DNA of 57,179 nt from an uncultured Candidatus Saccharibacteria bacterium (GCA_964534365.1 CAZHOI010000004.1:1-57179), one strand, 5' to 3'. Shown: positions 37,487 to 46,383, counted from the stretch's first letter. Notes: generated by a model from the letters alone, not told the origin. Program-made: numbers and translations.

Positions 37487-38332
37487 ATGAATAAATTACC
37501 CCCAGAATTAAAACAACATCTGCAAAATATTCCTGATTTTATGAAGGATATCAGCCAGGTCAAGGAATTTGTAAGCACAGCTGATATTAAATTAACTGAT
37601 GACCAAAAAAGCGCTTTGCGTCTACAACTATTACTAGTCATGACTGGCCTCAAAGACTATCGTTTATTGCCAATAATCATCGAGGAATTTTGTGAACTGG
37701 ATTTTGAAGTATCAGCCTATATAGCTGACAGATTTATGGAAGAAGTGATCGAGCCAATGGGTTATGGATATTTATCAACGGTGTTAAAAGCAGCTAATAA
37801 TGAGGATGTTACCTTTGATCCTGATGACGTAGAAATCTTGCAGACCATATCTCAAGAGCTAGAAGACCAAGAAGGGGCCCCAGAAGTGCCAAAGCCGCCA
37901 AAGGTGGTGTCGCCAAAGTTGGTATTGAATCAAGATCAGAAACGCACCGCGTATCAGGATCTGCGAAATCAGGATTGGTACGAGAATTTACTGAACGAGC
38001 TGTATAAAAAACACAAAATCGGTGATGAGGCTGCCCGCGCACTGGAGCAGGTATTGCAGAAGGCTGTGATTGATGATGATACTACTGGCCTAAAGCGTTT
38101 GGCCACCAATCCGGCACTGGTACCGGTGTCACGAGACCTGCAGGACATCCATGATTATATAGAGGACAAATTTCAAGAAGTGTTAAGGGACATTCAGCAA
38201 AACACAGCCCCAAATCCAGGTATTGATAAAAATAATGATGGAAAGTCGGCTAAAACCCAGTCTAACATTGACCAAATCCGGCCCAAACCTCATCAGGATG
38301 ACCATGATCCGTACCGTGAAGAGGTCAAGTAG
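37487..38332 (+). CDS. Hypothetical acidic cytoplasmic protein of the T4SS-like locus
   Basis: 281-aa ORF, co-oriented; ends with DPYRE. Confidence 0.6.
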   Translation: MNKLPPELKQHLQNIPDFMKDISQVKEFVSTADIKLTDDQKSALRLQLLLVMTGLKDYRLLPIIIEEFCELDFEVSAYIADRFMEEVIEPMGYGYLSTVLKAANNEDVTFDPDDVEILQTISQELEDQEGAPEVPKPPKVVSPKLVLNQDQKRTAYQDLRNQDWYENLLNELYKKHKIGDEAARALEQVLQKAVIDDDTTGLKRLATNPALVPVSRDLQDIHDYIEDKFQEVLRDIQQNTAPNPGIDKNNDGKSAKTQSNIDQIRPKPHQDDHDPYREEVK

Positions 38333-38347
38333 CATATATCATAAAAC

Positions 38348-38698
38348 ATGGAGCAGAAAACCTTTCACGAAAAGCTATCAAACAAAATCGAGACTTTTAT
38401 TCACCAGTCATACGATATTGCTAATCAATTTCCAAAAGAAGAACTATACGGAGCAGGTTCACAACTTAAACGTGCAGCACTTTCGATCGGCTTAAACACG
38501 ACCGAAGGTTATGCTAGATCAAGCAGTAAGTCGTATCGTCACTTTTTATTAATTGCCTATGGGTCATTAAAAGAAAGTTTGTATGTTATTAACTTTTCTT
38601 CAAAGCGCTCTTGGATTACCACCAAACAATCGCAAGATCTTCTAGATAAAGGTGATGAATTGGGAAAAATGTTATGGAGCATTATCTCGAAACTGTGA
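38348..38698 (+). CDS. Four helix bundle protein (23S rRNA IVP-like family)
   Basis: FPKEELYGAGSQLKRAALSIGLNTTEGYAR, FLLIAYGSLKE. Confidence 0.9.
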   Translation: MEQKTFHEKLSNKIETFIHQSYDIANQFPKEELYGAGSQLKRAALSIGLNTTEGYARSSSKSYRHFLLIAYGSLKESLYVINFSSKRSWITTKQSQDLLDKGDELGKMLWSIISKL

Positions 38699-38725
38699 TC
38701 GTGCTTTATGCTTTGTGTTACATGA

Positions 38726-38758
38726 GCACTTGATAATTATTGTATAATTATCAAGTGC
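38726..38758. repeat. Perfect 15-bp inverted repeat over the prgI -10 box and GTG start
   Basis: gcacttgataattat-tgt-ataattatcaagtgc. Confidence 0.9.
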
Positions 38759-39174
38759 AGCATCAAACTCCGCAATTTATCGATATCGAAGACAAGGTGG
38801 TTGGACCGTTTACGGTCAAGCAATTTATTTATTTGATCGCCGGGGGAGGGGCCGCGTTTTTGCTGTTTCGATTTTTGCCATTTTTCTTGTTTTTAGTGGT
38901 AGCAACTCCTATTGTGTCGTTATTTTTGGCCCTGGCATTTTACAAACACAATGAACGTCCGTTTGTTCATTTGGTTGAGTCAGTTTTTAAATATTTGGTC
39001 AACACCAGGTTATATCTGTGGCGCCACCGCAAGCCAACTGACGTCGCCCGTGAACAGGCCAGTGTGCAAGCACCGCAAAAAACCAAAGTGGTTAATTCAG
39101 GGGCGGGCATGGGATCATCAAAGCTAAAGGATCTTTCTTGGAACCTAGAAGTCAAGAAAGAGGATCTTTCTTGA
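38755..39174 (+). CDS. PrgI family protein (T4SS VirB3-like membrane component)
   Basis: PQFIDIEDKVVGPFTVKQFIYL, two TM helices, LAFYK.NERPF; GTG start 6 nt after tataat. Confidence 0.85.
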   Translation: MQHQTPQFIDIEDKVVGPFTVKQFIYLIAGGGAAFLLFRFLPFFLFLVVATPIVSLFLALAFYKHNERPFVHLVESVFKYLVNTRLYLWRHRKPTDVAREQASVQAPQKTKVVNSGAGMGSSKLKDLSWNLEVKKEDLS

Positions 39175-39179
39175 CTTCT
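39147..39179. repeat. Perfect 15-bp inverted repeat over the prgI stop
   Basis: agaagtcaagaaaga-gga-tctttcttgacttct. Confidence 0.9.
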
Positions 39180-39194
39180 GACTTGAACCAGAAC

Positions 39195-39581
39195 ATGTAC
39201 ACGGACAACACAAGTATAAAACCAGATGGATTTAGATTTCTTAAGTGGCAAATTTATGACGATGCTCAAAATTTATATTTAGAAATAAATACAATCACTA
39301 AAGATCTGCCAAAAGCTATGCGATTTGAAGCCACCTCTCAACTGTTACGATCAAGCCATTCTGTAGTTTTAAACATAGCTGAAGGAGCTGGAAAAGAGTC
39401 CGATAAAGAACTTAGGACGTTTTTGTCAATTTCAATGGGTTCGCTGTATGAAACCGTGGCTTGCCTTGATTCATTGGTGAAACTTAACTTGATTAAAGAA
39501 AGTGAATTCCAAAATTTAAAGGCTCGTTACAATAAATTAGCGTCTCAAATAGGAGGTTTTAGAAAGTCTTTGAAACAGTAG
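39195..39581 (+). CDS. Four helix bundle protein (second copy, divergent)
   Basis: FRFLKWQIY, SQLLRSSHSVVLNIAEGAG, FLSISMGSLYETVACLD; start set to the ATG at 39195. Confidence 0.9.
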   Translation: MYTDNTSIKPDGFRFLKWQIYDDAQNLYLEINTITKDLPKAMRFEATSQLLRSSHSVVLNIAEGAGKESDKELRTFLSISMGSLYETVACLDSLVKLNLIKESEFQNLKARYNKLASQIGGFRKSLKQ

Positions 39582-39608
39582 TTATTCTTGTCCCAGTTCT
39601 TGTCCAGG

Positions 39609-39636
39609 TAACTTTTGCTATAATTAGCAAAAGTTA
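39609..39636. repeat. Perfect 12-bp inverted repeat over the -10 box and start of the 39636 gene
   Basis: taacttttgcta-taat-tagcaaaagtta. Confidence 0.85.
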
Positions 39637-40271
39637 TGGCTGAACCCCTCAAAGCACCAGCGACGCAAAACTTTGTTCCGGTGAAAGAAATCCGTGATGG
39701 GGTAGTGATATTGAAAAATAATTCATTGTGTGCGGTATTATTGGCTTCATCACAAAACTTTGCCCTTAAATCCGGCGACGAGCAGACCGGGGTATTAATG
39801 CAATTTCAAAATTTTCTAAATTCACTGGATTTTCCAGTACAGATTGTAGTGCAATCACGCAAAGCTGATATTCGACCCTATATCCAAATGTTGGAAGAGC
39901 GCCTGAAAACTCAAACCAATGAACTGTTACGGGTGCAAAACTATGAATACATCCGATTTGTGCAGTCGTTCGTTGAACAGGTAGATATTATGAAAAAGTC
40001 ATTTTTCGTAGTAGTACCTTATAATCCCGCTATCGCAGACACTACATCAATCACCTCCTTGGTCAAAGGTAAATCAACTGATGATCAACTAACGCTCGAG
40101 CGCTTTGAAGAGTTCCGCACCCAGCTAAATCAGCGATTGGCTATTGTCGAGTCAGGACTTAATCGTTCAGGTATTCGCACCTTGGCGTTAGGAACCGATG
40201 AACTGATCGAGTTGTTCTATCACACCCTAAACCCTGCTGATGCTACGTCAAATGCCCCAGTAAGCAGCTAG
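39636..40271 (+). CDS. VirB4/TraC-associated protein (resembles the N-terminal part of conjugative ATPases)
   Basis: TQ.FVPVKEIRDGVVILK, S.NFALKS.DEQ, FLNSLDFPVQIVVQSRK.DI.PY; lies directly upstream of VirB4. Confidence 0.7.
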   Translation: MAEPLKAPATQNFVPVKEIRDGVVILKNNSLCAVLLASSQNFALKSGDEQTGVLMQFQNFLNSLDFPVQIVVQSRKADIRPYIQMLEERLKTQTNELLRVQNYEYIRFVQSFVEQVDIMKKSFFVVVPYNPAIADTTSITSLVKGKSTDDQLTLERFEEFRTQLNQRLAIVESGLNRSGIRTLALGTDELIELFYHTLNPADATSNAPVSS

Positions 40272-40378
40272 CTGCTTACTGACAACTAATAAAATCTGAG
40301 TCGCTTAGTGATTTCTTAGATTGTAAGTAGTTAGTTGTAGGTGGTAGGAGGTTAAAATTAGATGCTATAATTTTAACC
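40258..40378. repeat. Gene-less palindromic cassette between the 39636 gene and VirB4
   Basis: 24-bp perfect palindrome 40258-40281; nested stems; 7-mer array 40321-40348; 11-bp inverted repeat 40350-40360/40368-40378. Confidence 0.8.
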
Positions 40379-40380
40379 AC

Positions 40381-42180
40381 ATGGGACTTCTGGACTTTAT
40401 AAAATCTGATGACAAACCCGAGCCAGCAGCGGCTGATTCTGGTATCAGCAGCCTGGCATTGTCGGATGTGATTGCTCCATCTGCGCTCGAGATCAAGCCC
40501 AAATCAGTTAACGTATCTGGTAAATTGGCCCGAACGTTATTTGTAATTTCTTATCCCCGTTTTTTAACTGACGGCTGGTTTGCCCCGATTATCAACCTGG
40601 ATCGAATCTTTGACGTTTCACTGCATATTCATCCGGTAGATACTGGGGATTTATTAAAGAAATTCCAGAAAAAAGTAGCCGAGGTTGAATCACAAATCTC
40701 TATACGGCAAGAAAAGGGCATGGTGCGCGACCCAAAATTGGAAACCGCTTATCGTGATCTGGAAAATTTGCGTGATCAGTTAATGCAGGCCCAGGAAAAA
40801 ATGTTTGATGTCGGTCTCTACCTAACTATTTATGCCGATAATGAAACCGATTTAAATAAATTTGAATCCGAAATCAAATCAATTCTCGAGTCCAAATTGA
40901 TTTATCTGAAACCCGCCCTATTTCAGCAAGAACAAGGCCTGCAAACAGTACTACCGACCGCTACTGACGCCCTGCAGGTTCAGTCCAAACTAAACTCGTC
41001 CCCGTTATCGAGCCTATTTCCATTTTTATCCTTTGATTTGTCATCAGACACCGGGATTCTTTACGGTATCAATCGACATAATTCCGGATTGATCTTATTC
41101 GATCGATTTTCAATGCCCAATTACAATTCGATCACCTTTGCGACCTCTGGAGCGGGTAAATCATTTGCCACGAAGCTCGAGCTACTACGATCAATGATGT
41201 TTGATATTGACGTGATTGTGATTGACCCCGAGCGCGAATACGAATATTTGGCCGAGGCGGTAGGGGGCCGGTATTTCAATATCTCATTATCGTCCGAACA
41301 CCACATCAACCCATTTGATATTCCACCGGTCGGCCCAGATGAATCACCCGAGGACGTCTTGCGGTCACATATCATCTCTTTGGTGGGATTATTTCGCATT
41401 ATGTTAAGCGGACTTACTCCTGAAGAAGATTCGATAATAGACCAGGCGATTACCGAGACCTACGCCCTCAAAGACATCAATCCGGGAATTGATTTTAGTC
41501 AAGCCGAGCCACCACTGTTGTCAGATTTCGAACTGGTATTAGCCGGTATCGAAGGGGCCGAAAATATTCTAGCGCGACTGGCCAAATACACTCGTGGTAC
41601 CTGGTCTGGATTTCTGAATCGTCCGTCAAATGTCGATATTAATAAGAAGTTTATTGTTTTTTCGGTGCGTGACATGGAGGACGAGCTAAAACCAGTCGCC
41701 ATGCATTTGATTACTAACTTTATCTGGAACCGAGTGAGGCGTGAACTGCGCAAACGAATTTTGGTAATTGACGAGGCCTGGTGGATGATGAAAGAAGAAG
41801 ATACGGCATCATTTTTATTTGGTCTAGCCAAACGAGGTCGTAAATACTATCTGGGTGTATCAACCATTACCCAGGACGTCGGCGATTTCCTGCGGTCGCC
41901 ATATGGTTTGCCAATTATCACTAACTCGTCAATCCAGCTTTTGTTAAAACAATCGCCAACTTCAATTGATTTACTGCAAGAGACTTTTAACCTAACTGAT
42001 GAAGAAAAATATCTGCTGTTGGAATCAGGGGTAGGCGAGGGCATATTCTTTGCCGGTTTAAAGCACGTAGCCATTCGCATTATTGCGTCCAATACCGAAT
42101 CCCAAATCATAACCTCGGACCCATCCGAGATACTGGCGATTAAAAAGGCCAAACAGCAATTTGCTGACAGTAATGAATAA
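40381..42180 (+). CDS. VirB4/TraC-family type IV secretion ATPase
   Basis: Walker A ATSGAGKS, IDPEREY, HHINPFD, Walker B LVIDEAW, GRKYYLG...ITQDV.DFL. Confidence 0.9.
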   Translation: MGLLDFIKSDDKPEPAAADSGISSLALSDVIAPSALEIKPKSVNVSGKLARTLFVISYPRFLTDGWFAPIINLDRIFDVSLHIHPVDTGDLLKKFQKKVAEVESQISIRQEKGMVRDPKLETAYRDLENLRDQLMQAQEKMFDVGLYLTIYADNETDLNKFESEIKSILESKLIYLKPALFQQEQGLQTVLPTATDALQVQSKLNSSPLSSLFPFLSFDLSSDTGILYGINRHNSGLILFDRFSMPNYNSITFATSGAGKSFATKLELLRSMMFDIDVIVIDPEREYEYLAEAVGGRYFNISLSSEHHINPFDIPPVGPDESPEDVLRSHIISLVGLFRIMLSGLTPEEDSIIDQAITETYALKDINPGIDFSQAEPPLLSDFELVLAGIEGAENILARLAKYTRGTWSGFLNRPSNVDINKKFIVFSVRDMEDELKPVAMHLITNFIWNRVRRELRKRILVIDEAWWMMKEEDTASFLFGLAKRGRKYYLGVSTITQDVGDFLRSPYGLPIITNSSIQLLLKQSPTSIDLLQETFNLTDEEKYLLLESGVGEGIFFAGLKHVAIRIIASNTESQIITSDPSEILAIKKAKQQFADSNE

Positions 42181-42185
42181 ATTTT

Positions 42186-42854
42186 ATGGCCCGAAATACT
42201 AGTTCAGTAAATTCTGAACCGACCCAGCGCCGGCGAAAATCATTCAACCTCGACCCGATTGATTCAAACCGTAATCGCAGTGATCAGTTCAGCGGCTATC
42301 AAGATGACCTGACCCCAAGATCAACCACCAAACAGCAATTGCGAAAGAGTTCTGGACTGACATCAATAAAAAAAGAACGGGAAGGATCAGATTTTGAAGT
42401 AAATCCTACTGGTGAGCTAGGCAACAGACGCCCATCGCCTAATCGAATACGTCGCAATGATCAACGTCGCAGCCAAACGTCTGGCAGACGTGCAGCCACA
42501 AAACTAATTAAAAACGCGGTTGATTCTAAGGGCAACCTTGCCGGGTTAGCCCTGAAATCCCTGGGTGATGCCGAGCTGCGAAAAGTTTTTATGGAACATT
42601 TTTGGATTTTAGCTATTGCAGTTATCGGTGATTTACTAGACGCCATTCCATTTTTTATTGGTTTTTTTATCAATTTAATATGTTGGATCCTGGTGAAATA
42701 TCTTTTTGATTTAAAAGGTGTCAATTTTGCTGGCCGGGTTACTAAAAACTCCTTTGGCCTGATGAATGTTGGTGCTGAAGTAATTGTCGGGGCAATCGCA
42801 TTTTGGCCTGGATTAACCATTGGTGTAATTCAAACCATTCTCTCTGAAGATTAA
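42186..42854 (+). CDS. Hypothetical membrane protein (basic disordered N-half, C-terminal hydrophobic hairpins)
   Basis: ILAIAVIGDLLDAIPFFIGFFINLICW; co-oriented in the T4SS-like locus. Confidence 0.6.
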   Translation: MARNTSSVNSEPTQRRRKSFNLDPIDSNRNRSDQFSGYQDDLTPRSTTKQQLRKSSGLTSIKKEREGSDFEVNPTGELGNRRPSPNRIRRNDQRRSQTSGRRAATKLIKNAVDSKGNLAGLALKSLGDAELRKVFMEHFWILAIAVIGDLLDAIPFFIGFFINLICWILVKYLFDLKGVNFAGRVTKNSFGLMNVGAEVIVGAIAFWPGLTIGVIQTILSED

Positions 42855-42874
42855 TATCTTGCTATACTTAGCGT

Positions 42875-43528
42875 ATGAAGGTTTCATTAATAATTTTTGC
42901 TGCTTTGCTAGTTACTGTTCTAGGTTTAACCTCCGAGTCTCAAGCTCAGAATAGTAATGTGGTTTTGATTGCCGAATCTGATTCATATGTGCCTAGTAAC
43001 TATGCTGGAGCTCGACCTCTTACCCCTGGTTCAACCATTAGCCTAGTAGCCTTGGGAGCTCCGCGAATTGCTAAATATCAGTGGCGCATTAATGGTCGTC
43101 AATTGACCGAGCTGTCTGGCATTGGCCAGTCACGGGTTGATATTCAATTAACCGATCGACCAATTGATGCCCAGGTATCGGTTTATCAAAACAGTGATTT
43201 GATCGGGGTAGACCAAATAACCATAAATCCCGATCCATTGGAAATTGTCCTATACCAAAATCATCCGACCAGGGGACCACTGTTTCAAACTGCCTTGTCA
43301 GGCCAAATCCGATCAACCAGTCCGGTAATTGATATTATTGGTAGTGCCTATGGTGCCAATGGAGTCAATCCGCTGTTGCAGTGGCAAATTAACAACAGCG
43401 AATCATTTGCCCTACCTGCTGTTTCACTGGATCGGCAAGCTAGTCCACAAACCACCATTGTCGCTAGCTATCTTAACAATATTTTTACCCAGGCAACCAA
43501 AGAGCTGCGGATTCAATTCAGTCGCTAG
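42875..43528 (+). CDS. Hypothetical secreted beta-rich protein
   Basis: Signal peptide ending SQA-Q; own tatact box 6 nt upstream. Confidence 0.65.
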   Translation: MKVSLIIFAALLVTVLGLTSESQAQNSNVVLIAESDSYVPSNYAGARPLTPGSTISLVALGAPRIAKYQWRINGRQLTELSGIGQSRVDIQLTDRPIDAQVSVYQNSDLIGVDQITINPDPLEIVLYQNHPTRGPLFQTALSGQIRSTSPVIDIIGSAYGANGVNPLLQWQINNSESFALPAVSLDRQASPQTTIVASYLNNIFTQATKELRIQFSR

Positions 43529-43534
43529 ATTTAT

Positions 43535-44716
43535 ATGAAATTAAATGATAAAACTAAATTTTTAATCGCCGGCGGGGTATTGGCCCTGCTGTTTGTAATA
43601 TTGTTTTTCTACTACCTCAACCGGGCCACAAATCGCCTTGGCTCAGAAACTGCCACCGTGCCTAATAATAGCCAGTTTGAGGTCCTAGATAGTTCAGGTA
43701 ATTTAGTAGCTGGCAATCAGCCTAGCCCTAGCCAGAATTCTGAAAATCAATCCGAAATACAACTAATCAGTGAAGGCCCGGTGGCCGGATTTAGGATTGT
43801 TGAAAATGATTTTGGAGTGGCACTGCGATACATTAGCGCCGAAACTGGTCAGATTTATAATTATTTACCTGGCCCTAGTGCGACAACACGCCTAACTACT
43901 GACACCCTGCTGGCAATCACCCGCGCACAGTGGGTAGGCAACGATCATATTTTATTGACCTATTATGCTGAAGGACAGCCGGTTAATTTATTAGCCCAAA
44001 TTGATCTAGCAAACGCCAGACTGAATACCGTGGTTTTTCCCCAAACCCTCGAGTCGATTGCCAAGGCTGATGATGACCAGGCGTATTATCTATTGCGGGA
44101 CAATGAGGGCAGCAGTTTGTATCGATATCAATTTGATACTGGGCGTAGTAATTTTGTTCAGGCATTTGATATTAGCGCTCTCGATTTGCGCGACATTGAT
44201 GGGGAAAGCGATTTATTGCTGGCAACTACAAAAATTCATCAGAGCCATGATCAAGCTGGACTGATAATTGATGTTGCGGACAATTCATCAAGCCTGCTAC
44301 AAACCGGAGTTGAATTCTCCCAAGGAGCGCTGCTATTTGAAAACTTTAGGGTATTAATCAACCAGGCCGGTCTGGTACTGCAAAATATTGATTCGGGAGA
44401 AGATATTTTGGTTGCGGGAAATTTTGTGGTTGATAAATGTGCCGTCGATTTAATGTCAACCGGCGAGCTAGTATGTGCCGAGGTAATTCTGACGTCCTCG
44501 CAATTGCGTAATTGGCCGACCAACTGGTTTCGCGGGCAATTACGTCCTGTCGAGCGGCTAGTTGCGATCAACCCCCAGTTTGGCAGTAAACGGATTTTGG
44601 CTGATTTGGGATCTCAATATGATATCAGTTACTTACAAACCTCGGCCGATGACATTTATTTCATCAACCGTCGCGACGGGCGATTGTATAGTTATGAAGT
44701 AGCTAATTTAGATTGA
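43535..44716 (+). CDS. Membrane-anchored protein, probable beta-propeller-like ectodomain
   Basis: N-terminal TM helix; repeated short beta-strand pattern. Confidence 0.6.
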   Translation: MKLNDKTKFLIAGGVLALLFVILFFYYLNRATNRLGSETATVPNNSQFEVLDSSGNLVAGNQPSPSQNSENQSEIQLISEGPVAGFRIVENDFGVALRYISAETGQIYNYLPGPSATTRLTTDTLLAITRAQWVGNDHILLTYYAEGQPVNLLAQIDLANARLNTVVFPQTLESIAKADDDQAYYLLRDNEGSSLYRYQFDTGRSNFVQAFDISALDLRDIDGESDLLLATTKIHQSHDQAGLIIDVADNSSSLLQTGVEFSQGALLFENFRVLINQAGLVLQNIDSGEDILVAGNFVVDKCAVDLMSTGELVCAEVILTSSQLRNWPTNWFRGQLRPVERLVAINPQFGSKRILADLGSQYDISYLQTSADDIYFINRRDGRLYSYEVANLD

Positions 44717-44769
44717 TAATTATTAAATTCTGTTAAATAACTTTGCCCAACCCTTGTTATAATCTGGTT

Positions 44770-46383
44770 GTGAAGTCAGTTTTATTTAATTGTTTTGTTT
44801 TATCATTTGCTTTGTTAGGGGTTTTTTCAGTTGTCCAGGCTCAGGATTATGCCGCTCCAGCTAGTAACCCAGTTTGTTCAAGAAATGTACAAGATGCAGT
44901 TTACTGCGCTGCTTTTGAACGCCTCGACGAGCAACTATATGAAGTGTATTTCAGGAACTCAGAAGCTTGCGAAGACTTTTGTAACGACACAACCTGTAAA
45001 AGCACGCCAGAATGTATAAACCTTGCCATTGAAGATTCTGGCACCACCCCTCAAGGACAAGCTTGCTTTAATGCCCAAAACTACTGTAGGGCGCGCTCAG
45101 AAGACAATTGTCAGGCGCTTAACAATGGAACCAGGGAAGTAAATTGTGAATATGTAGAAAATAGTGATCAATGTATTCCGTCTAGGGGTGAATGTGGGAG
45201 TTATTGTTATTCAGAGGTAGATTGGCAAAATGAAGTAGTATGCCGTGATAGCCGTGATGAATGCATAATAGAGCTTCTTGATGAAAACCCGGAACCCGGA
45301 GACTTGCGATTCCCTGCGTGTGGTTGTGATCAATCAAATGTTTCAGTTGAACAAGCCAATGGCGGTTGTGGATTACGAGTAGGCACCAGTGCCAGTGAGT
45401 GGCGTGAGGGAATCGGCGACGACAATCAATCTCTATTTGGTTCTCCAATTGATGCGTCATTCGAATTGGATGGATTCAAGCCGTTTGAAGACGTAAGGGT
45501 GGGGGATAATGAATTATATGGCGATAACAACTTGCCCGGCTTTATTAATACGTTTCTAAGCTTTGTGATTGGGTTGTCCGGGGCCATTGTGGTCGTCATG
45601 ATAGTAGTTGGTGGATTTCAATACGTGCTGGCGGCGGCGGCACCAGTTAAAAATGATGCCAAAGACAAGATTCGGGATGCCCTGATCGGTTTGGGACTAT
45701 TGCTGGGATCTGTCGCATTACTAAACACTATTAACCCACAGCTGCTAAACCTGGCGGGATTACGACCGGTAGAAATTACTATCACCGAGCGTGAGTTTCA
45801 AGGTGATACTGATGTGTTGCTAGGATTGGGTGGTGCAAATTATGGCAGTGATGCGGTGCAGAAGGCAATTTATGAATATGAAGCCAATTGGGCGAGCGGT
45901 ACAAAGAAAGAAGACGATGAATCTCAATACTCAATACTCAATACTTACTGGGAAAGTATTGGGTGGAACGAGTCTCAATGGTCACCATCTGGTACTGCAT
46001 GGAGCGCCGCTTTTATCTCTTATGTAACTGGTTTGCGAGCTTCAGCCCATTGGCAGTACATTAATGCAGCTTATGATGATCGGAAAAATGGCTGGGCCTT
46101 CTGTGAACCTAATGAACACGTTCCGCAACCAGGAGACTTAGTATGTCGAACCAGGGCAGGTGGCTCATTTACTCCTCAAGGAAGCTATACTTCACATTGT
46201 GATTTAGTAGTATCTAACAATGGAACCTCAATCGAATATATTGGTGGTAACGTCTCAAATTCTAGCTCTGAGGGCCGGGGTGTAACGGTAAATAAAAAGT
46301 CTAGATCGCTTTCAGCTGGCAAAACACCTTCATTCTTTAATATTGGCGCCTTAGTTCCTCCGGGTAAAAATTGTTCCGGCTAA
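44770..46383 (+). CDS. Pilin (TrbC/VirB2-like) fusion: Cys-rich domain + pilin + DUF2272/CHAP-like domain
   Basis: Signal peptide, 18 Cys, pilin hairpin (..MIVVGGFQY...AKDKIRDALIGL.LLL....LNTINPQL), C-terminal WSAAFISYV..P.PGDLVC..SHCDLVV..GGN; GTG start 6 nt after tataat. Confidence 0.75.
   Translation: MKSVLFNCFVLSFALLGVFSVVQAQDYAAPASNPVCSRNVQDAVYCAAFERLDEQLYEVYFRNSEACEDFCNDTTCKSTPECINLAIEDSGTTPQGQACFNAQNYCRARSEDNCQALNNGTREVNCEYVENSDQCIPSRGECGSYCYSEVDWQNEVVCRDSRDECIIELLDENPEPGDLRFPACGCDQSNVSVEQANGGCGLRVGTSASEWREGIGDDNQSLFGSPIDASFELDGFKPFEDVRVGDNELYGDNNLPGFINTFLSFVIGLSGAIVVVMIVVGGFQYVLAAAAPVKNDAKDKIRDALIGLGLLLGSVALLNTINPQLLNLAGLRPVEITITEREFQGDTDVLLGLGGANYGSDAVQKAIYEYEANWASGTKKEDDESQYSILNTYWESIGWNESQWSPSGTAWSAAFISYVTGLRASAHWQYINAAYDDRKNGWAFCEPNEHVPQPGDLVCRTRAGGSFTPQGSYTSHCDLVVSNNGTSIEYIGGNVSNSSSEGRGVTVNKKSRSLSAGKTPSFFNIGALVPPGKNCSG

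Noticed and set aside
38348-39581. Diversity-generating retroelement (four-helix-bundle proteins resemble Avd)
   Set aside because: No reverse transcriptase in the window, and I saw no TR/VR pair with adenine-specific mismatches.
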